A DNA stretch of 56,037 bases, the filler included, from Callorhinchus milii (taxonomy: Eukaryota), in NCBI RefSeq assembly GCF_018977255.1. It is 2 parts of 2 records of this genome, joined end to end, with 100 filler letters (N's around TTAATTAATTAA, not from the genome) between each part and the next. Parts side by side here need not be neighbours in the genome. Positions count along the whole stretch, not along the records: positions 28,080 to 56,037 come from NW_024705682.1; 1 more part is not named here. One strand, 5' to 3'. The position numbers and the translations under genes are program-made. The notes under the pieces were generated by a model, which had not been told where the DNA came from, did no database searches, and saw nothing but the letters and a program-made list of their open reading frames with translations. The stretch's first letter is position 1, and each line of letters begins with the position of its first letter. Shown here piece by piece: positions 46,151-56,037 of the stretch.

Positions 46151-49100
46151 TCATTATCTTGTTGATACTCGTCAACAAGGTGATGTCTCACCACTGTAAT
46201 CATAGACAGACTGCAGACATGGTTGGGAAGAGAGACTGCAGACATGGATGCAGTGGGCATGGAGAGAAGGAATAACATGACCAAATCCAGTGGCAGCCGG
46301 TTTCATAGCCAAGACCAATAATTTATATTTTGAAATAGACTGAGAACAGGAGAACTGTCTGCAATTGTTGTAGGCCTAGAAGCTTTCTTGCTTAAAAGCA
46401 GATATTTGAAAAGGTTAATGATGTCCTTTGAGAACAGACTTCAGATGAAGTGCACATATACATATACCAAATGTTGCACACATCAGTTTTGAACCCTGCA
46501 CCTGCTTGATTTGGATACAGTGACAGCTGTGAGAGGAGGAAAATTGGGCGACAGAAGGAGAGCAATAGAGAGAGAGAGTGTGTCAGAAGGATTGGAATAG
46601 AGAGAGAGAAAGTATGATGGAGAGAAGGAGAAAGATTGCATTAGAGAGTGAAAGTGTGATAGAGAGGAGAAAGATTGTGATAGAGAGAGAGCGTGATGGA
46701 AAGGAGAAAGAGTGCGATAGAAAGTGTGTTAGAAAGATGGGAATAAAGAGAAAGTGTGATAGAGAGGGAAAAGGTTGTAATAGAGAGGAGAAGGATTCTG
46801 ATAGAAAGAGATAGAAGGAAAAGGTTGTGATAGAAATAGAACGATAAAGAGAGAAAGTGTGTTACAAAGAAGGAGAAAGATTGTGACAGAGAGAAAGTAT
46901 TGTAATAGATTGTATTATAATAGGAAAAAGATTGTAATAGAAAAAGACAAACTGAAAGAGAGAAGGAGAAAGATTACATTAGAGTGAAAGTGATAGAGGA
47001 GAAATATTGTAATAGAGGGAAAGAAAGATTGTAACAGAGAAGAAGTGTAATAGAGGAGAAAGATACTGATAGAGAGAAAGTGTGACAGAGATGGAAAATG
47101 TTGTAATAGAGAGGTGAAAGATTCTGATAGAAAGAGTGATAGAGAGGGCAAAGATTTAATAGAGAGAGAAAGTGTGACAGAGAGAAAGAGAACGATTCTG
47201 ATAGAGAGAGAAAGTATGTTTAAAAGAAGGAGAAAGATTGGAATAGAGAGAAAGAAAGTGTAAGAGAGAGAAGCAGAAAAATTGGATAAAGAAGGAATGT
47301 GAGAGAGGAGGAAATTTGGGTGACAGAAGGAGAGCGATAGAGAGAGAAAGTACTATAGAGAGGAGAAAGATTGCAATAGAGAGAAAGTTTGATAGAGAGA
47401 AAAGGTTGTAATAGAGAGAGACGAAGTATGATGGAGAGAAGGAGAAACATTGCATTAGAGAGTGAAAGTGTAATAGAGAGGAGAAAGATTGTGATAGAGA
47501 GATGAAGTGTGATAGAGAGAAAGAGAACGATTCTGATAGAGAGAGAAAGTGTATTAGAAAGAAGGAGAAAGATTGTGATAAAGTACAATAGAGAAGCAGA
47601 AAAATTGCTATAAAGAAGAAATGTGAGAGAGGAGGAAAATTGGGCGACAGAAGGAGAGCGATAGAGAGAGTGTGTTAGAAGGACTGGAATAGAGAGACAA
47701 AGTGTGATAGAGAGCAGAAAGATTGCAATAGAGAGAGTGTAACAGAGAGAAGGAGAAACATTCTGATAGAAAGAGTGATAGAGGGAAACGTTTGGAATAG
47801 AGAGAAGGTGTGATGGAGAGAAGGTGCGACAGAGCGGAGAAAGATTCTGATAGAGAGAAAGTGTGACAGAGACAGAAAAGGTTGTAATAGAGAGGAGAAA
47901 GATTCTGATAGGAAGAGTGATAGAGAGGAGAGAGATTAAAATCGAGAGAAACTGTGATAGAGAAGGAGAAAGTTTGGAATAGAGGTAAAGTGCGAAAGAG
48001 AGAAGAAAGATTGTGATAGAGGCTATGATAGAGAGAAGGAGAAAGATTGTGATAGAGAGAGAGAGAGAGAGAAAGTATAATAGAGAAGCAGAAAAATTGC
48101 GATAAAGAAGAAATGTGAGAGAGGAGGAAAATTGGGCGACAGAAGGAGAGCGATAGAGAGAGAGTGTTAGAAGTATTGGAATAGAGAGAGACAAAGTGTG
48201 ATAGAGAGAAGGAGAAAGATTCTGATAGAAAGAGTAATAGAGAGGGAAACGTTTGTAACAGAGAGAGAAAGTGTGACAGAGGGTAAAGGTTGTTATAGAG
48301 AGGAGAAAGATTCTGATAGAAAGAGTGATAGAGAGGAGAGAGACTAAAATGGAGAGAAAATGCGATAGAGAGAAGGAGAAAGATTGTAATATACAGAGAT
48401 AAAGTACGACAGAGTGAGAAAGTGTGTGAGAAAGGAGAAAGATTGGAATAGAGAGAGAGAAAGTGTTAAAGAGAGGAAAAAAACTTGTAACAGAGAGCAA
48501 GTGTGATAGAGAGAAAGTGTGTTAGAAAGAAGGAGAAACACTGCGATGGCGAAAAGGAGAAATATTGTGATACACAGAATGTGCGACAGAGATGGAAAAG
48601 GTTGTAATAGAGAGAAGGCGAAAGATTCTGATAGAAAGAGTGATAGAGAGGGCAAAGATTTAATAGAGAGAGAAAGTGTGATAGAGAGAAGGATAAAGAT
48701 TCTGATGGAGAGAGAAAGTGTGTTACAAAGAAGGAGAAAGATTGTGATAGAGAGAGAGAAAGTGTAACAGAGAAGCAGAAAAATTGGATAAAGAAGAAAT
48801 GTGAGAGGAGGAAAATTGGGCGACAGAAGGAGAGCGATAGAGAGAGTGTGTTAGAAGGACTGGAATAGAGAGACAAAGTGTGATAGAGAGCAGAAAGATT
48901 ACAATAGAGAGAGTGTAACAGAGAGAAGGAGAAACATTCTGATAGAAAGAGTGATAGAGGGAAACGTTTGGAATAGAGAGAAGGTGTGATGGAGAGAAGG
49001 TGCGACAGAGCGGAGAAAGATTCTGATAGAGAGAAAGTGTGACAGAGACAGAAAAGGTTGTAATAGAGAGGAGAAAGATTCTGATAGGAAGAGTGATAGA

Positions 49101-52100
49101 GAGGAGAGAGATTAAAATCGAGAGAAACTGTGATAGAGAAGGAGAAAGTTTGGAATAGAGGTAAAGTGCGAAAGAGAGAAGAAAGATTGTAATAGAGGCT
49201 ATGATAGAGAGAAGGAGAAAGATTGCAAAAGAGAGAGAGTGATAGAGAGGAGAAAGATTGCAATGCTGAGAAAGATTGCGATAGAGAGAAAGTGTGATAA
49301 AGAGGAGAAAGTTTGTAATATACAGAGGTAAAGTACGACAGAGTGAGAAAGTGTGAGAGGGAGAGAAAGTGTGTTAGAAAGAAGGAGAAAGATTGGAATA
49401 GAGAGAGAGAAAGTGTGAGAGAGGAGAAAGATTGCAATAGAGAGAGAGAGAGAGTGCGGGAAGGAGAAAGATTCTGATAGAGAGAAAGTGTGACAGAGAG
49501 GGAAAAGGTTGTAATAGAGAGAAGGTGAAAGATTCTGATAGGAGTGAGAGAGAGGGCAACGTTTGTAATAGAGAGAGACAAAGAATGATGGAGAGAAGGA
49601 GAAAGATTGCATTAGAGAGTGTAAGTGTCATAGAGAGGAGAAAGATTGTGATAGAGAAAAGGAGAAAGATTGCGACAGAGAGAAAGTGTGACAGAAAGTG
49701 ACAGAGACGGAAAAGGTTGTAATAGAAGGAGAAAGATACTGATAGAAAGAGTGATAGAGAGGAGAGAAACTAAAATAGAGAGAAAGTGTGAGAGAAAAGA
49801 GAAAGATTGCAATACAGAGGAGAAAGAATGCGATAGAGAGAAAGTGTGTTAGAAAGATAGAGAGAAAGCGTGACAGAGAGGAGAAAGATTGCAATAGAGA
49901 GAAAGTGCGAGAGAGGTAGAAACATTCTGATAGAAAGAGTGATGGAGAGAGAAATGTTTGCAACAGAGAGAAAGTGTGAGAGAGAGAAAGTGTGACAGAG
50001 ACGGAAAAGGTTGTAACAGAGAGAGAAAGTGTGATAGAGAAATATTGTGATAGAGAGAGAAAGTATAATAGAGAGAAGCAGAAAAATTGCAATAAAGAAG
50101 AAATGTGAGAGAGAGGAGGAAAATTGGGCGAAGAAGGAGAGCGACAGAGAGAGAGAGAGAGTGTTAGAAGGATGGGAATAGAGAGAGAAAGTGTAATAGA
50201 GAGAAGAAAGATTCTGATAGAAAGAGTGATAGAGAGGAGAGAGATTAAAATAGAGAGAAAGTGTGATAGAGAAGAGGAAGTTTGCAATAGAGGAGAAAGA
50301 ATGCGATAGAGACAAAGTGTATTAGAAAGATGGAATAGAGAGAGAAAGTGTCACAGAGAAACTGATTGAGAGGAGAAAAATTGCTAAAGAGAGAAGGTGT
50401 GATAGAGAGAAGAAAGATTGTAATATACAGAGGCAAAGTACGATAGAGTGAGAAAGTGAGAGGGAGAGAAAGTGTTTTAGAAAGAAGGAGAAAGATTGTA
50501 ATGTAGAGAGAGAGAGAAAGTGTGAAAGAGAACGAGAAAATTGCGATAGAGAGAAAGTAATAGAGAGGGAAAAGGTTGTAAAAGAGAGAGAAAGTGTGTT
50601 AGAAAGAAGGAGAAACATTGCGATGGTGAGAAGGAGAAATATTGTGATACACAGAAAGTGCGACAGAGACAGAAAAGGTTGTAATAGAGAGAAGGTGAAA
50701 GATTCTGATAGGAGTGAGAGAGAGGGCAACGTTTGTAATAGAGAGAGACAAAGTATGATGGAGAGAAGGAGAAAGATTGCATTAGAGAGTGAAAGTGTGA
50801 AAGAGAGGAGATTGTGATAGAGAGAAAGAAAGATTGTAACAGAGAAATGTGTGATAGAGAGGAAAATGATTCTGATAGAAAGAGTGATAGAGAGGGAACA
50901 GTTTGTAATAGAGAGAGTGCAATAGAGAGAAGAAATATTCTGATTGTAAGTGTGACAGAGATGGAAAAGGTTGTAACAGAGCAGAAATATTCGGATAGAA
51001 AGAGTGATAGAGAGGAGAGAGATTAAAATAGAGAGAAAGTGTGACAGAGAAGAGAACGAATGCAATAGAGAGAAAGTACGTTAGAAAGATCAGAATAGAG
51101 AGAGAGGACGTGTAATAGAGAAGGAGAAAGATTGCAATATTGAAAGTGCGACAGAGAGGAGAAAGATTGTAATAGAGAGAAAGTGTGATAGAGAGAAAGA
51201 GAATGATTCTGATAGAGAGAGAAAGTGTCTTAGAAAGAAAGAGAAAGATTGTGATACAGAGAGAGAGAAAGTATAATAGAGAGAAGCAGAAAGAAATGCG
51301 ATAAACAAGAAATGAGAGAGAGAAGGAAAATTGGGCGACAGAAGGAGAGCAATAGAGAGAAAGTGTGTTAGGATTGGAATAGAGAGAAAGTATAGAAATA
51401 GAGGAGAAAGATTGCAATAGAGAGAAAGTGTGATAAAGAGGGAAAAGGTTGTAATAAAGAGAGCAAATGTAATAGAGAGAAAGTGTGTTAGAACGAAGGA
51501 GAAACATTGCGACGGTGAGAAGGAGAAATATTGTGATACACAGAAAGTGAAACAGAAAAGGTTGTAATAGAGAGAAGGTGAAAGATTCTGATAGGAGTGA
51601 GAGAGAGGGCAACGTTTGTAATAGACAGAGACAAAGTATGATGGACAGAAGGAGAAAGATTGCATTAGAGAGTGAAAGTGTGAAAGAGGAAAAAGTTTGT
51701 GATAAATAAAAGGAAAAAGATTGCGATAGAGAGAAAGTGTGATAGAGAGCAGAACGATTGTAATAGAGTGAAAGTGATAGAGAGGAGAAAGATTGCAATA
51801 GAGGGAAAGAAAGATTGTAACAGAATAAGTGTAATAGAGAGGAGAAATGTATTGATAGAGAGAAAGTGTGACAGAGACGGAAAATGTTTTAATAGAGAGG
51901 AGAAAGATTCTGATAGAAAGAGTGATAGAGGGCAAAGATTGTAATAGAGAGAAAGTGTGACAGAGAGAAAGAGAACGATTCTGATAGAGAGAAAGTGTTA
52001 GAAAGATTGTGATAGAGAGAGAGAGAAAGTGTAACAGAAGCAGAAAAATTGGAGTAACGAAGAAATGTGAGAGAGAGGAGGAATTTTGGGCGACAGAAGG

Positions 52101-55100
52101 AGAGCGATAGAGAGAGAAAGTGTGTTAGAGGTTTGGAATAGAGAGAGACAGAGTGTGATATAGAGGAGAAAGATTGTAACAGAGAGAAGAAAGATTCAGA
52201 TAGAAAGAGTGATAGAGAGGAGAGAGATGAAAATAGAGAGAATGTGTGACAGAGAAGAGAAAGTTTTGAATAGAGAGGAAAAGTGTGAAAGAGAGAAGAA
52301 AGATAGTGACAGTGAGAAAGTGTGATAGAGAGGAGAAAGATTGCAATATACAGAGGCAAAGTACGAGAGAGTGAGAAAGTGTGAGAGGGAGAGAATATGT
52401 GTTAGAAAGAAGGAGAAAGATTGGAATAGAGAGAGAGAAAGTGTGAAAGAGGGAAAAATGTGTAATAGAGAGCAAGTGTGATAGAGAGAAAGTGTGTTAG
52501 AAAGGAGAAACATTGCGATGGCGAAAAGGAGAAATATTGTGATACACAGAAAGTGCGACAGAGATGGAAAAGGTTGCAATAGAGAGAAGGCGAAAGATTC
52601 TGATAGGAGTGAGAGAGGGCAACGTTTGTAATAGAGAGAGACAAAGTATGATGGAGAGAAGGAGAAAGATTCTGATAGAGAGAAATTGTGACAGACGGAA
52701 AAGGGTGTAATGAAGAGGAGAAAGATTCTGATAGAAAGAGTGATAGAGAGGGCAAAGATTTAATAGAGAGAAAAAGTGTAATAGAGAGAAGGATAAAGAT
52801 TCTGATGGAGAGAGAAAGTGTGTTACAAAGAAGGAGAAAGATTGTGATAGAGAGAGAGAAAGTGTAACAGAGAAGCAGAAAAATTGGATAAAGAAGAAAT
52901 GTGAGAGGAGGAAAATTGGGCGACAGAAGGAGAGCAATAGAGAGAGAGAGTGTGTTAGAAGGATTGGAATAGAGAGAGAGAAAGTGTGATAGAGAGGGAA
53001 ACGGTTGCAATAGAGAGGACAAAGATTCTGATAGAAAGAGTGATAGAGAGGGCAAAGATTTAATAGAAAGAGAAAGTGTGATAGAGAGAAGGATAAAGAT
53101 TCTGATGGAGAGAGAAAGTGTATCAGAAAGAAGGAAAAAGATTGTAATAGAAAAAGACAAACTGAAAGAGAGAAGGAGAAAGATTACATTAGAGTGAAAG
53201 TGATAGAGGAGAAATATTGTAATAGAGGGAAAGAAAGATTGTAACAGAGAATAAGTGTAATAGAGGAGAAAGATACTGATAGAGAGAAAGTGTGACAGAG
53301 ACGGAAAAGGTTGTAACAGAGAGAGAAAGTGTGATAGAGAAATACTGTGATAGAGAGAGAAAGTATAATAGAGAGAAGCAGAAAAATTGCAATAAAGAAG
53401 AAATGTGAGAGAGAGGAGGAAAATTGGGCGAAGAAGGAGAGCGACAGAGAGAGAGAGAGTGTTAGAAGGATGGGAATAGAGAGAGAAAGTGTAATAGAGA
53501 GAAGAAAGATTCTGATAGAAAGAGTGATAGAGAGGAGAGAGATTAAAATAGAGAGAAAGTGTGATAGAGAAGAGAAAGTTTGCAATAGAGGAGAAAGAAT
53601 GCGATAGAGACAAAGTGTATTAGAAAGATGGAATAGAGAGAGAATGTGTCACAGAGAAACTGATTGAGAGGAGAAAAATTGCTAAAGAGAGAAGGTGTGA
53701 TAGAGAGAAGAAAGATTGTAATATACAGAGGCAAAGTACGATAGAGTGAGAAAGTGAGAGGGAGAGAAAGTGTTTTAGAAAGAAGGAGAAAGATTGTAAT
53801 GTAGAGAGAGAGAAAGTGTGAAAGAGAACGAGAAAATTGCGATAGAGAGAAAGTAATAGAGAGGGAAAAGGTTGTAAAAGAGAGAGAAAGTGTGTTAGAA
53901 AGGAGGAGAAACATTGCGATGGTGAGAAGGAGAAATATTGTGATACACAGAAAGTGCGACAGAGACGGAAAAGGTTGTAATAGAGAGAAGGTGAAAGATT
54001 CTGATAGGAGTGAGAGAGAGGGCACCGTTTGTAATAGAGAGAGACAAAGTATGATGGACAGAAGGAGAAAGATTCCATTAGAGAGTGAAAGTGTGAAAGA
54101 GGAAAAAGTTTGTGATAAAGAAAAGGAAAAAGATTGCGATAGAGAGAAAGTGTGATAGAGAAAGAGAACGATTCTGATAGAGAGAAAGTGTTAGAAAGAT
54201 TGTGATAGAGAGAGAGAAAGTGTAACAGAAGCAGAAAAATTGGATAAAGAAGAAATGTGAGAGAGAGGAGGAATTTTGGGCGACAAAGGAGAGCGATAGA
54301 GAGAGAAAGTGTGTTAGAGGTTTGGAATAGAGAGAGAGAAAGTGTGATAGAGAGGAGAAAGATTCTGATAGAAAGAGAGATAGAGAGGGAAAAGTTTGTA
54401 ATAGAGAGAAAGTGTGACAGAGTCGCAAAAGTTTGTAATAGAGGAGAAAGATTCTGATAGAAAGAGTCAGAGAGGAGAGAGATTAAAATAGAGAGAAAGT
54501 GTGACAGACGAGAAAGTTTTGAATAGAAGGAATGTGTGAAAGAGAGAAGTAAGATTGTGATGGAGAGAAAGTGTGATAGAGAGGAGAAGGATTACAACAG
54601 ACAGTGTGCTAGAAAGAAGGAGAAAGATTGTGATAGAGAGAGAGAGAGAAAGTATAATAGAGAAGCAGAAAAATTGCGATAAAGAAGAAATGTGAGAGAG
54701 AGGAGGAAAATTGGGCGACAGAAGGAGAGCGATAGAGAGAGAGTGTCAGAAGGATTGGAATAGAGAGAGAGAAAGTGTGACAGAGGAGAAAGATTCTGAT
54801 AGAAAGAGTGATAGAGAGGAGAGACTAAAATGGAGAGAAAATGCGATAGAGAGAAGGAGAAAGATTGTAATATACAGAGGTAAAGTACGACAGAGTGAGA
54901 AATTGTGTGAGAAAGGAGAAAGATTGGAATAGAGAGAGAGAAAGTGTTAAAGAGAGGGAGAAAGTTGTAATAGAGAGCAAGTGTGATAGAGAGAAAGTGT
55001 GTTAGAAAGAAGGAGAAACACTGCGATGGCAAAAGGAGAAATATTGTGATACACAGAATGTGCGACAGAGATGGAAAAGGTTGTAATAGAGAGAAGGCGA

Positions 55101-55399
55101 AAGATTCTGATAGGAGTGAGAGAGGGCAACGTTTGTAATAGAGAGAGACAAAGTATGATGGAGAGAAGGAGAAAAGATTCTGATAGAGAGAAATTGTGAC
55201 AGACGGAAAAGGGTGTAATGAAGAGGAGAAAGATTCTGATAGAAAGAGTGACAGAGAGGGCAAAGATTTAATAGAGAGAAAAAGTGTAATAGAGAGAAAG
55301 AGAACGATTCTGATAGAGAGAGAAAGTGTTAGAAAGGAGAAAGATTGTGATAGAGAGAGAGAAAGTGTAATAGAGAAGCACAAAAATTGGATAAAGAAG

Positions 55400-55630
55400 A
55401 AATAATAATAATAATAATAATCCTTGCATTTGATATAGCGCTTTTCACGTCGGGAGGACGTCCCAAAGCGCTTCACAGAACACACTGTAAAGTGAATTGA
55501 CTGTATATTTGTGGGCGAACGCGGCAGCCAATTGCGCCACAGCAATGTCCCACAAAACAGTCGTAGATTGAAAATGACCAATTTTTTTTATTATTGTTTT
55601 TTGGTTTTTTTTGGAGGGATTATTATTATC
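55400..55630 (-). mobile_element. Deu-domain SINE 3' part (segmental duplicate)
   Basis: Near-identical to 45933-46150, including flanks. Confidence 0.85.
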
Positions 55631-56037
55631 TTGTTGATACTCGTCAACAAGGTGATGTCTCACCACTGTAATCATAGACAGACTGCAGACATGGTTGGGA
55701 AGAGAGACTGCAGACATGGATGCAGTGGGCTTGGAGAGAAGGAATAACATGACCAAATCCAGTGGCAGCCGGTTTCATAGCCAAGACCAATAATTTATAT
55801 TTTGAAATAGACTGAGAACAGGAGAACTGTCTGCAATTGTTGTAGGCCTAGAAGCTTTCTTGCTTAAAAGCAGATATTTGAAAAGGTTAATGATGTCCTT
55901 TGAGAACAGACTTCAGATGAAGTGCACATATACATATACCAAATGTTGCACACATCAGTTTTGAACCCTGCACCTGCTTGATTTGGATACAGTGACAGCT
56001 GTGAGAGGAGGAAAATTGGGCGACAGAAGGAGAGCAA

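Larger units (their letters stand above)
42885..56037. repeat. Purine-rich (GA/GATA-derived) complex satellite with higher-order duplications
   Basis: About 20-nt modules such as GGAGAAAGATTGTGATAGAGA and AAAGTGTGATAGAGA. Duplicated blocks 47640-48050/48816-49225, 49985-50805/53283-54100 and 44690-46565/54165-56037. Confidence 0.95.

Noticed and set aside
43061..55581. Ser/Leu/Phe-rich minus-strand ORFs resembling membrane proteins
   Set aside because: Products of the pyrimidine strand of the GA satellite; overlapping frames and no domain signature.

Overview
Eukaryotic, repeat-saturated vertebrate DNA. The L2/CR1 LINEs and Deu-domain tRNA-SINEs suggest a cartilaginous fish, possibly a chimaera (inference). 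An artificial 100-nt spacer (44N-TTAATTAATTAA-44N, 27980-28079) joins two pieces that need not be adjacent in the genome. Left piece (1-27979): about 2.5 copies of a 9-12.6 kb segmental unit made of GT/CT microsatellite-derived arrays. It carries degenerate myosin-V motor-domain exons in scrambled order, L2/CR1/SINE fragments and a candidate two-exon 76-aa ORF. Right piece: (i) 28080-42700, a 1.3/2.8-kb tandem array whose minus strand carries reiterated canonical micro-exons (18 GTAAGT donor motifs counted), several repeated hairpins, a near-invariant CpG-rich core and a candidate promoter/first exon, which together look like an amplified spliced non-coding or small-RNA host transcript; (ii) 42885-56037, a purine-rich complex satellite with internal duplications. 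No intact known protein-coding gene was found, and nearly all ORF-track entries are microsatellite artefacts. All homologies were judged by eye and from memory, not by database search.
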